Assembly: GCA_003168355.1 (NCBI GenBank)
Contig: PMSQ01000134.1
Location: 7,222 to 71,221 of the forward strand
Direction of reading: 5' to 3'
DNA: 64,000 bases
Source: Acidobacteriaceae bacterium
Lineage (GTDB): Bacteria > Acidobacteriota > Terriglobia > Terriglobales > Acidobacteriaceae
The translations under genes and the position numbers were made by a program. This document shows positions 25,047 to 33,748 of the stretch, piece by piece. Numbering within the stretch: position 1 is the first letter of the stretch; each line of letters opens with the position of its first letter. The notes under the pieces were generated by a model. The model was not told the origin of the DNA. It worked only from the letters and a program-made list of their open reading frames with translations, and searched no databases.

Positions 25047-25742
25047 ATGCTTCCTATTCGCGATGACCAGCCTCGGTATAGCACGCCTTGGGTGAACTAC
25101 TTTCTGATCGGGCTGAACCTGGCGATTTTTTTCTTCGAGTTTGCCCTGGATCCTCAGAGCCTGGAAATTCTAATTCGTCAGTTTGGGGTGGTACCGGAGC
25201 ATCTGGCAGCGTTTCTGGCGGGCTCGCCCAGGTACTCTTTGCTGGCAGTGGCGCTTCCCTTCTTCACATCGATGTTTTTGCACGGGTCGTGGATGCATGT
25301 GATCGGGAATATGTGGTTTCTCTACATTTTTGGCGACAACGTTGAGGATCACTTGGGACATTTCAAATACCTCGTGTTTTACATTCTTACCGGTTTGATC
25401 GCGATGGTCACGCAGGTGGCGGTGGGTCTGAACTCGAATGCACCCACGGTTGGGGCGAGCGGAGCGATCGCGGGGGTGCTGGGAGCGTATTTCATTCTGT
25501 ATCCGAGGGCGCGGGTGCTGACGTGGTTTTTTGTGTTTGTATTGTGGGTTCCGGCGTGGATCATCCTAGGATACTGGTTCGTGTTGCAGTTCTTGAGCGG
25601 GACCGCGACCGCGCTCGCGGTGCGTGGCCAGAACATGGGAGGGGTGGCGTTCTGGGCGCACGTGGGCGGATTCGTCTCGGGGGCGCTGCTGGTGAAGGTG
25701 TTTGGAGAGCGACAGCAGAGATATCCATATGCGACGCGGTAA
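25047..25742 (+). CDS. Rhomboid family intramembrane serine protease
   Basis: HGSWMHVIGNMWFL and GASGAIAGVLGAY motifs, with six TM segments. Confidence 0.9.
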   Translation: MLPIRDDQPRYSTPWVNYFLIGLNLAIFFFEFALDPQSLEILIRQFGVVPEHLAAFLAGSPRYSLLAVALPFFTSMFLHGSWMHVIGNMWFLYIFGDNVEDHLGHFKYLVFYILTGLIAMVTQVAVGLNSNAPTVGASGAIAGVLGAYFILYPRARVLTWFFVFVLWVPAWIILGYWFVLQFLSGTATALAVRGQNMGGVAFWAHVGGFVSGALLVKVFGERQQRYPYATR

Positions 25743-25880
25743 CGAGCCCTCGGGAAACGGTATCGACCTGGGCATCCGCGGCGCTGGTGGCCGCAAATTT
25801 GCACAGGTCCTTCGGCCCGCAAAGAACGCGGGTCTCAGGATGACATGGCCTTTTTTGTCGACAACAGTGGTTGCCGTTGG

Positions 25881-26450
25881 CTACTTCTTCGGACGAGACT
25901 CCGGAGGGACTAATCCCGCTACACGATAGTAGACAACGAGTTGGCCGTAGTGTTCGCCGGAGTGCTCGATGAAACCGTAGGCGAAATCGGAGACGCGCGC
26001 CTGCTGGTGTTCGAAGGGATCGACGACCAGATCGGACATTCCTTTGTCGCCTTTCGCTTTGATGGCGGCGGCGCCGTCGGCAAAGGCTTTTTTTGCGAAG
26101 GCAGCGATTTCGGTTTTGGTTTTGTACTGATCGCGTTTAGGGTCACCGGTGGGCGGCTTCTGCCCCGTGACGATATTCGTGAAAAAATAATTTGCGCCGG
26201 CAGCATGGAGTATCTGTTCGGCGAAGCTGCGCTGGGCGGGCGTGGGCTTGAAGTCGTACTTGTCCTCGGGAAAGTCTTCGGCCATGGCGATGAGTTTGCG
26301 GGCAATGTCGTTCCAGGCCGCGAGGACGGCCTGGGAGGGGCTACCCGCAGGCTTTACGGCGGCTTCCTTCTTGGCATCTTGGGCGTGGGCGGGAAAAGTG
26401 AGAATCGTGACGGCTAACATTGCTGCGGTGAGAAATGGTGCTCTGGTCAT
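25881..26450 (-). CDS. Secreted DinB-family protein
   Basis: Signal peptide ending PAHAQ. FAEQILHAAGANY...IEHSGEHYGQLVVY. Confidence 0.8.
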   Translation of the reverse strand: MTRAPFLTAAMLAVTILTFPAHAQDAKKEAAVKPAGSPSQAVLAAWNDIARKLIAMAEDFPEDKYDFKPTPAQRSFAEQILHAAGANYFFTNIVTGQKPPTGDPKRDQYKTKTEIAAFAKKAFADGAAAIKAKGDKGMSDLVVDPFEHQQARVSDFAYGFIEHSGEHYGQLVVYYRVAGLVPPESRPKK

Positions 26451-26560
26451 GGCTGGATTCCTCCGGGGTGTCTGATGGGCGAGCGCAATCTTAGTCGGAA
26501 TTTCCCGCTGTGTAAATGCGGGATCGCAGCAGCTCTGAAAATAAATTCATCAATCGCAGA

Positions 26561-26596
26561 GGGACCCTTCGGCTGCGCTCAGGGCAGGCACAAAGG
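26561..26596. repeat. REP family D unit (GGGACCCTTCGGCTGCGCTCAGGGCAGGC)
   Basis: Shares its core with 5672-5700 and, inverted, with 30032-30083. Confidence 0.7.
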
Positions 26597-26651
26597 TTGT
26601 GTGTTTTGTTATCGACTTACAAGATTCCGGCGGTGGGGATGCCATCGGCTA

Positions 26652-27257
26652 CTACACGCCGTTCGGGCGCTGACGGATCAGGGAGAGGAATTCGGAGCGG
26701 GTTTCATTTTCGTTGCGGAAGCAACCCAGCATGGAAGAGGTGACAGCGGCGGAATGTTGCTTCTCTACGCCGCGCATCATCATGCATAAATGGCGGGCTT
26801 CGATGACCACGCCGACGCCTTGGGGTTCGATCACGTTCTGGATGGTTTCTGCGATCTGGGTGGTGAGGCGCTCCTGAATCTGCAGGCGGCGGGAGAAGAT
26901 TTCGACCAGGCGCGGAACTTTGCTGAGGCCGATCACCTTTCCGTTGGGAATGTAGGCGACGTGCACTTTGCCGAAGAACGGCAGCAGGTGGTGCTCGCAG
27001 AGGCTGAACATTTCGATGTCTTTGACGATGACCATCTCATCGTAGGTGACGGTGAAGAGAGCTCCTTTGAGCAGGGCCTCGGGATCTTCTGTATAGCCGC
27101 GGGTTAGGGTTTGCAGGGATTTGCGGACGCGCTCGGGAGTGCGTTGGAGGCCTTCGCGTTGCGGATCTTCGCCGAGGCGGACGATCATCTCCTGGACGAG
27201 GTCCTCGAAACTGGCGCTGGTGAGAGTGGAGGGTTCGGTGGCTGGTTTCATGGTCAT
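26652..27257 (-). CDS. folE: GTP cyclohydrolase I FolE
   Basis: [22 protein letters not shown]...ERLTTQIA...[12 protein letters not shown]. Confidence 0.95.
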   Translation of the reverse strand: MTMKPATEPSTLTSASFEDLVQEMIVRLGEDPQREGLQRTPERVRKSLQTLTRGYTEDPEALLKGALFTVTYDEMVIVKDIEMFSLCEHHLLPFFGKVHVAYIPNGKVIGLSKVPRLVEIFSRRLQIQERLTTQIAETIQNVIEPQGVGVVIEARHLCMMMRGVEKQHSAAVTSSMLGCFRNENETRSEFLSLIRQRPNGV

Positions 27258-27294
27258 CGGGTGATTGCGTGATCGGCGATTTTGCGATTTGAAA
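27256..27294. repeat. Octad-periodic element filling the whole PTPS-folE spacer (ATCGGGTG ATTGCGTG ATCGGCG ATTTTGCG ATTTGAAA)
   Basis: Runs from the upstream stop codon (27295-27297) into the folE start codon, with no SD. Confidence 0.85.
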
Positions 27295-27708
27295 TCAGAC
27301 AGCCTTGCCTGCGTATTCGAACGAGTTCATCATCGTTTCTTCTAAGCGTACTCTTTCAAGATGCGCGTAGGGGAAGCCGCGCTGCACTATTTCGTAAATT
27401 TGAATGCAGAGATTCTCGGTGGTGGGCACTTCCTGGGCGAATTCCGGCAGCACATTCAGATTTTCGTGGCCGTAGCGGGCGAGCACTTCCCTTTCGATAA
27501 AGCCATCCAGATCAACCAGGTTGCAAACCATGCCGGTCTTTCGATCGACGGGGCCGCTGACGGTTACTTCGACGGTGTAGTTGTGCCCGTGGCCGAACGG
27601 GTTGTTGCATTTGCCGTAGGTCGACTGGTTCTCCTGCTCGGACATGGCTTCACTGTGCAGGCGGTGGGACGCGGAGAACAGGTAGCGGCGGGAGAGATGA
27701 GCTTTCAT
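27295..27708 (-). CDS. 6-pyruvoyl-tetrahydropterin synthase family protein (paralogue 1; often annotated QueD)
   Basis: [14 protein letters not shown] (C-x5-HGH) and PTTENL. It has YGHENLN where paralogue 2 has MDHRFLN. Confidence 0.9.
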   Translation of the reverse strand: MKAHLSRRYLFSASHRLHSEAMSEQENQSTYGKCNNPFGHGHNYTVEVTVSGPVDRKTGMVCNLVDLDGFIEREVLARYGHENLNVLPEFAQEVPTTENLCIQIYEIVQRGFPYAHLERVRLEETMMNSFEYAGKAV

Positions 27709-27713
27709 ATTTT

Positions 27714-27755
27714 AGCTCCTAGCTCCTAGCTTCTAGCTCTTACCTGCTAAGTGCT
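27714..27755. repeat. Six tandem heptads (AGCTCCT AGCTCCT AGCTTCT AGCTCTT ACCTGCT AAGTGCT) in the spacer between the two PTPS genes
   Basis: Read directly from the sequence. On the sense strand it supplies AGGAGCTAAAAT|ATG. Confidence 0.85.
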
Positions 27756-27777
27756 GGCTTTCGGGTTTTATGCCCGC

Positions 27778-28188
27778 CTAAGCTTCTCCATAGAAATCGA
27801 CGAAGAGGTCGGGAGTTTCGTAGACCCGGACACGGTGCAGCCTGGCGTTTTCGAGCTTGGTGACAAGACGCTGCCAGATGGCGACGGCGATGTTTTCCGT
27901 AGTTGGAATTTGATGCAGGAACTCGGGAACCTCTTTGTTAAGAAAACGGTGGTCCATGGCATCGAGGACTTCGCGGTGCATGATCTCTTTGAGCTGCTTG
28001 AGGTCGACGACGAAACCGGAGCGGGGATCGACTTCGCCTTTTACGGTGACTTCCAGGGTGTAGTTGTGGCCGTGGCCGTTCGGGTTATTGCATTTGCCGA
28101 AGACACGGCGGTTCTCCTCGGGAGTGAAGTCCGGGTTATGGTAGTAGTGCGATGCGGAAAATTCGGCTTTGCGCGTGAGATAGACCAT
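27778..28188 (-). CDS. 6-pyruvoyl-tetrahydropterin synthase (paralogue 2; closest to the eukaryote-type PTPS pattern)
   Basis: FGKCNNPNGHGHNY, MDHRFLN, PTTENIAVAIW and VYETP match the animal PTPS pattern as I remember it. Confidence 0.9.
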   Translation of the reverse strand: MVYLTRKAEFSASHYYHNPDFTPEENRRVFGKCNNPNGHGHNYTLEVTVKGEVDPRSGFVVDLKQLKEIMHREVLDAMDHRFLNKEVPEFLHQIPTTENIAVAIWQRLVTKLENARLHRVRVYETPDLFVDFYGEA

Positions 28189-28195
28189 AAAAAGA

Positions 28196-28230
28196 CAGTT
28201 GTCAGTTGCCGGTTGCCAGTTGCCAGTGAA
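28196..28230. repeat. Five tandem heptads (CAGTTGT CAGTTGC CGGTTGC CAGTTGC CAGTGAA) in the GT2-PTPS spacer
   Basis: Read directly from the sequence. Confidence 0.85.
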
Positions 28231-28237
28231 ACAAGCT

Positions 28238-29347
28238 TTATCCAGCTTTCAGTTGTGCGTTGTCCTCTGCGGGTAAACAAGGTTCGTCCTGATATGTGCG
28301 ACCCTTCCACGGCACACTGCCGTTCGCGTGCGCTTTCGCCGAGCGCAGCAGCAGGTAGGAGAACAACGGCAGACCGAACAAAGAGAGAATGTTTGCATCC
28401 CAGAAAAAATGCGCGCGGCGGATGCGCGCGAGAAAAAATACGTACAAAGTCACACAAAGAATCCCTGCCACGGTGGCGGGGCGCGGGTGACCGCGCAGAC
28501 TGCTTGCGAGGCTGATGGCGAAGCTGGCAACGATCAGCACAAACTCCAGTGCCCGCAGCGCGGCCAACCGCACCGGTGAGGGGAACAGCAGCGCGAGGTT
28601 CTTGGTCCAGCCTTCGCGCAGTTGGGCGAAGCTGCGATACATGCGGGTGCGGACGGCGTCAGGGGCGTAGCGGAAGAAGATCTTTCGGCCTGAACGCTTG
28701 ACGGCCCGAGCCAGAGCCACATCTTCGAGCAGGCTGGCGGCAATCGCGGCGTGGCCGCCGACCGAAACATAGGCTTGGCGCGTGATCAAGATGTACTGGC
28801 CGTTGGCGGCCGCCAGGGGAGACTTAGGGTCGCTCACTTCTGAAGGACGAAAGCTTGACGCCAACTCGGCGAAGATCACGGGCATGATGGCTTTTTCCCA
28901 GAAGCTATCGACTACCTGCTGGGGCGAGTAAGAGAGCAAGGCCACGTTAAGACGCTGTGCTTCTTGCAGGCTGTGGGCCAGCGAACCGGGCAGGTGGATG
29001 GTGTCGGCGTCAGTGAACAGCAGCCATTCGCCGCGCGCGGCTTTGGATCCGGCGGCGACGGCATTGTTCTTGCCAGTCCAGCCTGCGGGAAGCGGGTCAG
29101 CTTGAATGAGGCGCACTTTCGTTTGCCTTGGGACTCGCGCCTGGGCTTGCGTTCGCGAGTTCGAAAACGACGAGGCGATTGCGGGGGTGCTATCGGTGGA
29201 GTGATCGTCGACGACGATGATTTCGAAGTCGACTCCCACTTGCGCGATCAGCGATTCCAGGCAGCCGCGTAAGGACGCTTCTTCGTTGCGGGCCGGCACG
29301 ATCACCGACAGCGCGAGCCGATCGGGAACTGTGGCTATCGCAGGCAT
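28238..29347 (-). CDS. Family 2 glycosyltransferase with a C-terminal membrane domain (CrtQ/CruC/HpnB-like clade)
   Basis: LSVIVPARNEE...IIVVDDHSTDST...GWTGKNNA...LFTDADT, followed by 3-4 TM helices. Confidence 0.85.
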   Translation of the reverse strand: MPAIATVPDRLALSVIVPARNEEASLRGCLESLIAQVGVDFEIIVVDDHSTDSTPAIASSFSNSRTQAQARVPRQTKVRLIQADPLPAGWTGKNNAVAAGSKAARGEWLLFTDADTIHLPGSLAHSLQEAQRLNVALLSYSPQQVVDSFWEKAIMPVIFAELASSFRPSEVSDPKSPLAAANGQYILITRQAYVSVGGHAAIAASLLEDVALARAVKRSGRKIFFRYAPDAVRTRMYRSFAQLREGWTKNLALLFPSPVRLAALRALEFVLIVASFAISLASSLRGHPRPATVAGILCVTLYVFFLARIRRAHFFWDANILSLFGLPLFSYLLLRSAKAHANGSVPWKGRTYQDEPCLPAEDNAQLKAG

Positions 29348-29372
29348 AGGTCGAATCCATTATTATAGCTGC

Positions 29373-29888
29373 GTGCGACGCATCCTTCATTTTGCCGGCT
29401 CTGTTACTTCGATCTTCCTGCTGTTGGGGATTTTGTTTGCGCTCTCCGGCTGTTACAGCGGGACGCGGCCGCCGCGGATCGGCACGGCCGCTCCGGATTT
29501 CACGGTGCGCGATTCCGATCGCACGGTCACGCTGAGCCAACTCAAGGGCCAGGTGGTGGTGCTGAATTTTTGGGCGACTTGGTGCCCACCGTGCATCGAA
29601 GAAATGCCGTCTCTGGTGCAGATGCAGCAGGAGATGAAGTCGAAGGGCGTGACCGTGCTAGCGGTCAGCGTCGATGTGGATGAAGGTAATTACCGGCGTT
29701 TTCTGAAAGACCACAATGTGAATCTGCTCTCGGTGCGGGACGGCGACATGAAGAGCAATAGCTTGTACGGGACATTCAAGTTTCCTGAAACCTACATCAT
29801 CGACCGCAATGGAATTATGCGGCGCAAGTTCATTGGAGCAGTGGATTGGACGGAGCCGGAGGTTATTGATTTTTTGGGGAAACTGTAA
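29373..29888 (+). CDS. TlpA-family thiol:disulfide oxidoreductase lipoprotein
   Basis: GTG at 29373 gives a lipobox (LFALSGC). WATWCPPC thioredoxin motif. Confidence 0.85.
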   Translation: MRRILHFAGSVTSIFLLLGILFALSGCYSGTRPPRIGTAAPDFTVRDSDRTVTLSQLKGQVVVLNFWATWCPPCIEEMPSLVQMQQEMKSKGVTVLAVSVDVDEGNYRRFLKDHNVNLLSVRDGDMKSNSLYGTFKFPETYIIDRNGIMRRKFIGAVDWTEPEVIDFLGKL

Positions 29889-29897
29889 CTGTAGAGA

Positions 29898-29964
29898 CCG
29901 GGCTGAAGCCCGTACTCCTTTTCCTATGTTTACGCGGCGCTGAAGCGCCGCTCTTCCACGGTAC
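29898..29964. repeat. REP family C hairpins (CGGGC-TGAA-GCCCG; GCGGCGC-TGAA-GCGCCGC)
   Basis: Stems read directly. Located between the convergent tlpA-like gene and copA. Confidence 0.75.
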
Positions 29965-30031
29965 TCCTGGCATTCATGAATGAGTCAGCTTAGTAGGAGC
30001 TTCAAAGGACAAGATCACCTTCAACGTCAAA

Positions 30032-30083
30032 GGCGTCGGACAAAGCCTGCCCTGAACGAAGCCGAAGGGAGTTGTCCGACCCA
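30032..30083. repeat. REP family D unit (inverted), flanked by GTCGGACAA / TTGTCCGAC arms
   Basis: GCCTGCCCTGAACGAAGCCGAAGGG is the reverse complement of the family D core. Confidence 0.75.
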
Positions 30084-30088
30084 CATAG

Positions 30089-32560
30089 TCATAACTTCGC
30101 GTTGCGCAGACGCAGGGCGTTGGTGATGACCGAGACTGAACTGAAGCTCATAGCGGCGGCGGCGAAGATGGGGCTGAGCAGCAGCCCGAAGAAGGGATAG
30201 AGAATTCCGGCCGCGATGGGGACGCCCACGGCGTTGTAGACGAAAGCGAAGAACAGATTCTGCCGGATGTTGCGCATGGTAGACCGGCTCAGGTTGCGGG
30301 CACGGAGGATGCCGGCGAGGTCGCCTTTTACCAGGGTGATGCCGCCGCTCTCCATGGCGACGTCGGTGCCGGTGCCCATGGCGATGCCGACATCGGCTTG
30401 CGCCAGGGCCGGAGCGTCGTTGACGCCGTCGCCGGCCATGGCGACGACTCTTCCCTGCCCTTGCAGCTTGCGGATGATGGCCAACTTCCCTTCCGGCAAC
30501 ACTTCGGCTTCGAATTCATCGATGTCCAGCGCGCCGGCGATCGAGGCGGCGGTGGATTTGTTGTCGCCGGTGAGCATCACGATGTGAATGCCTAGGTTCT
30601 TGAGGGCACGGATCGTGCCGGGCGTGGAAGGCTTCATCGGATCTCCCACTGAGACGGTTCCGACGAACTTGCCATCCACGGCGATGCAGAGACTCGATCC
30701 GGGGTTGGATTTGCCCTCGCCTACCGCCACATTCGCAGGGACGAACGCTCCCAGTTCCTTCATCAGGGAGGCGTTCCCGACGGCGACTCGCTTGCCATCG
30801 ACCACGCCTGTAATGCCCTTTCCCGCGACACTCTCGAACTCACGCGGCTGCGAGAGTGGCAATCCTTGCCTCTCGGCGGCTTGAACGATTGCTCTGGCCA
30901 GCGGGTGCTCGCTGGCTCGCTCCAGGCTGGCGGCGAGCCGAAGGGACTCGCCATGGTCATCCGGTGAAACAGAAATTCCCAACAGCTGCGGCTTGCCCTC
31001 GGTAAGCGTTCCGGTTTTGTCGACGACCAGCGTGTCGATTTTTTCGAGAATCTCCAGCGCTTCGGCGTTCTTGATCAAGACGCCGGCGCGAGCGCCGCGA
31101 CCGACGCCGACCATGATTGCCATTGGCGTGGCGAGGCCCAAGGCACAAGGGCACGCGATGATGAGCACAGCGACTGCATTCACGAGCGCGTGCGCGAGAC
31201 GCGGTTGTGGACCGAGTAACAGCCACACGAAGAAAGTGAGCACTGCCACCGCGACTACGATGGGCACGAACCATTTGGCCACGCGGTCGGCGAGACGCTG
31301 GATGGGAGCGCGGCTGCGTTGCGCCTGGCCAACCAGTTGCACGATGCGCGCCAGCAAGGTTTCGCTGCCCACGCGCTCGGCCCGCATCACAAACGAACCG
31401 GTGCCGTTGATGGTTGCGCCGATGACTTTGCCGCCGGACGATTTCTCGACCGGCATGGATTCGCCGGTGATCATGGATTCGTCAATCGCGCTGCGGCCTT
31501 CGAGCAGGACGCCATCTACCGGGATTTTTTCTCCCGGGCGCACCCGCAGGCGGTCGCCGGGCTTTACCTGCTCGAGGGGAACATCTTGCTCGCTGCCGTC
31601 GGGGCGGAGCAGGCGCGCGGTGCGGGAGCTGAGATCGAGCAGCGCGCGAATGGCGGCGCTGGTGCGGCTGCGGGCGCGCAATTCCATAACCTGGCCGAGC
31701 AAGACCAGCGTAGTAATCGCGGCGGCGGCTTCAAAGTAGACATCGGGATGGCCGGACATATTGCCAGGCCCAGTCCGCAGCGATTCAGGAAAGATCTGAG
31801 GCGCGACCGTGGCGATGACGCTGTACCCGTAGGCAACGCCGGTGCCCATGCCGATCAGGGTGAACATGTTTGGACTGCGGTTGGCGAGCGATGTCCAGAA
31901 GCGCTGGAAAAATGGCCAACCACACCAGAGCACGACGGGCGTAGCAAGGGCGAGCTCCAGCCAGGGAAGCGCTGCGGCCGGCAGCAGTCGACGCAAGGGC
32001 ATCTGCCAAAACATCGCGGCCATGGCGATTGCCATCAGCGGTGCGGTGAGCGCGAGGCTTACCCAGAAGCGGCGGGTCATGTCGCGCAGTTCGGGATTTT
32101 CTTCCGGAGACGTTGTGACCGTGCGCGGCTCCAGAGCCATTCCGCAGATGGGACACGAACCCGGCCCGGGGCGCACGATTTCCGGGTGCATGGGACAGGT
32201 GTACTCGGTGCGCACCGTCGATGATGCGACCGGGAGGTCGGCTTCGAGCGCCATGCCACACGATGGGCAGGCGCCCGGCTTATTTGCACGGACCTCGGGG
32301 CACATGGGGCAAACGTAGTCCACCCCTGCTTTGGCCGGGGCTGGAGCGCCCAGCATTACCAGACCTGGCGGCAGCACAGGTGCGGTGCCCTCAAGATATT
32401 TCACCGGGTCTGCTTTGAACTTCTCGGCACACGGGGCGCAGCAGAAGTAGTAGTTTTTTTCGCCGTGGCGGTGGTGGTGCTTGGCAGTCGCGGGATTCAC
32501 GTTCATCCCGCAGACGGGATCGCGTGCGAGCGCGGCGATGTCGGAAGGTTTCGTTGACAT
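30089..32560 (-). CDS. copA: Copper-translocating P1B-type ATPase CopA
   Basis: CPC motif ([13 protein letters not shown]), DKTGTLT and GDGVNDAP. The N-terminus has a YHS/TRASH-like module (DPVCGMNV...[12 protein letters not shown]) and two CPMxPE...CPxCGM modules instead of the classical GMTCxxC HMA domain. Confidence 0.95.
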   Translation of the reverse strand: MSTKPSDIAALARDPVCGMNVNPATAKHHHRHGEKNYYFCCAPCAEKFKADPVKYLEGTAPVLPPGLVMLGAPAPAKAGVDYVCPMCPEVRANKPGACPSCGMALEADLPVASSTVRTEYTCPMHPEIVRPGPGSCPICGMALEPRTVTTSPEENPELRDMTRRFWVSLALTAPLMAIAMAAMFWQMPLRRLLPAAALPWLELALATPVVLWCGWPFFQRFWTSLANRSPNMFTLIGMGTGVAYGYSVIATVAPQIFPESLRTGPGNMSGHPDVYFEAAAAITTLVLLGQVMELRARSRTSAAIRALLDLSSRTARLLRPDGSEQDVPLEQVKPGDRLRVRPGEKIPVDGVLLEGRSAIDESMITGESMPVEKSSGGKVIGATINGTGSFVMRAERVGSETLLARIVQLVGQAQRSRAPIQRLADRVAKWFVPIVVAVAVLTFFVWLLLGPQPRLAHALVNAVAVLIIACPCALGLATPMAIMVGVGRGARAGVLIKNAEALEILEKIDTLVVDKTGTLTEGKPQLLGISVSPDDHGESLRLAASLERASEHPLARAIVQAAERQGLPLSQPREFESVAGKGITGVVDGKRVAVGNASLMKELGAFVPANVAVGEGKSNPGSSLCIAVDGKFVGTVSVGDPMKPSTPGTIRALKNLGIHIVMLTGDNKSTAASIAGALDIDEFEAEVLPEGKLAIIRKLQGQGRVVAMAGDGVNDAPALAQADVGIAMGTGTDVAMESGGITLVKGDLAGILRARNLSRSTMRNIRQNLFFAFVYNAVGVPIAAGILYPFFGLLLSPIFAAAAMSFSSVSVITNALRLRNAKL

Positions 32561-32591
32561 GTTGAGTCAATCGCGCGGAATCAAGAAAAAG

Positions 32592-32620
32592 CCCACAGGG
32601 GCTAAAACCCCAAAAGTGGG
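32592..32620. promoter_or_regulatory. Nested palindrome CCCAC-AGGGG-CTAAAA-CCCC-AAAA-GTGGG upstream of copA (candidate metal-regulator operator)
   Basis: Lies 32-60 nt upstream of the copA start. The G-tract/C-tract palindrome style recalls CsoR operators. No regulator gene was seen. Confidence 0.3.
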
Positions 32621-32729
32621 AATCAGCCGTTTACGCTCACTGTCGTGTTCGATGGAGAATGCTTTATATTGGATTCAGAGTCGGCGGATGCCCGGCGAAT
32701 TCATTCATAGCCAGCAAAAGGATTATGCC

Positions 32730-32957
32730 ATGACTTATCTGGACGTTGTTTTTCGTTACGGCGCTGCACCCGGCGAAAACGAATTGCGGGCCATCGACGG
32801 CATGCGGGAGGTTTATGGAGTGCGGCGGGTACAGTTCAACGAGCGGGAGCACACGGTGCGGGTGGAGTTTGACGCGTCGCGCTTAAAGTCAGAGGCGGTA
32901 GCTCGACTCCTGCGACAGGCGGGAGTCGATGTGCGCGAACGCTTGGCGCTGGCGTAG
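32730..32957 (+). CDS. Small protein with an HMA-like (ferredoxin-fold) pattern but no cysteines
   Basis: ATG at 32730 with an AAGGA SD. 75 aa with a beta-alpha-beta-beta-alpha-beta pattern (DVVFRY / ELRAIDGMREVYGV / RRVQFN / TVRVEFD / SEAVARLLRQAG / VDV). Divergent from copA. Confidence 0.45.
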   Translation: MTYLDVVFRYGAAPGENELRAIDGMREVYGVRRVQFNEREHTVRVEFDASRLKSEAVARLLRQAGVDVRERLALA

Positions 32958-33337
32958 AGCCGGAAAAAAGGAGCTGGGGGAGGTCCTTTGCCGAGTCGAG
33001 CTTAATGCAAGGGGCGCCCAAAGAGAACCTCTGGCCGAAGTTGTTCTTGGAACGCCCCGTTGCGCGCCACTTCGTCTGGCCTTTGTTAGAGCACATGGCG
33101 TGCCGTATGTAAGCCGTTCAAAATACACAACTCTCCACTCCGCGACTTTGTAGGAATTGCTCTGCGGCGGGAAAGATTTACTCCGGACGGAAACCCGCGC
33201 CAACACAGCTAAGGCGAAGGCCTTAATTTTTGTCAAGAGAATTTGTGAAGAAAAAATGGTAAAGAGCTTAAAGATGAAGAACACAACGGGCAGTGAGGCC
33301 GGGAATGTTCGAGCAGATTGGCGATGCGGTGATCGTG

Positions 33338-33367
33338 TTCCCAGCAAGCGGCGACTTCCGCTATAAT
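33338..33367 (+). promoter_or_regulatory. Candidate sigma-70 promoter for the tRNA gene (TTCCCA-N18-TATAAT)
   Basis: TATAAT at 33362-33367, 33 nt upstream of the tRNA 5' end. Confidence 0.35.
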
Positions 33368-33400
33368 TTCTGTGCGACTTCACCTGCCAACCTGAAACCT

Positions 33401-33477
33401 GCGCCCTTAGCTCAGCTGGATAGAGCGTCTGGCTACGAACCAGAAGGTCGGGAGTTCGAATCTCTCAGGGCGCACCA
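33401..33477 (+). tRNA. tRNA-Arg (anticodon ACG), CCA encoded
   Basis: Cloverleaf folded by hand. Acceptor stem GCGCCCT/AGGGCGC, D-stem GCTC/GAGC, anticodon loop CTACGAA, T-loop TTCGAAT. Confidence 0.9.
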
Positions 33478-33748
33478 TCTCTTTAATCTCCTTTCGCTTC
33501 GCTCAAGCTTCTGGGTGAATTTCAATCCGTATTTCCGTTGAATGAAAGTTGAATGAAAATGGAGGCGCCCGGCTAGCGGGCGCGTCTTTGGAATTGCCGA
33601 GGCGAGTCGGAAACGGGACGTAACTTCGGTGTCAAGCGAGGAGCGGGCAGCGGTTCCTTCTGCCGGGTTTTCTGCTAATCTGATTCTGCCCTGTTGTTTC
33701 CGTAGTCCACCGGAATGTGTTTCCGGAAATCGGGTCGCGCACGTGCCC

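Noticed and set aside
27714-28230. Could the short tandem repeats be a degenerate CRISPR array?
   Set aside because: The units are 7-8 nt and directly abut one another with no spacers. No cas genes are present. The arrays sit in leaders and spacers of housekeeping genes.
30993-32224. 248-aa and 301-aa ORFs antisense to copA
   Set aside because: They lie inside copA on the opposite strand, with an Arg/Ala/Gly-rich composition and no motifs.
32889-33383. 164-aa minus-strand ORF (and 33293..33541 on the plus strand) in the region around the tRNA
   Set aside because: There is no SD, the composition is implausible, and one of them overlaps the tRNA-Arg gene. I treat 32958-33400 as non-coding. 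It contains an imperfect hairpin near 33006-33060, but I could not assign any known ncRNA.
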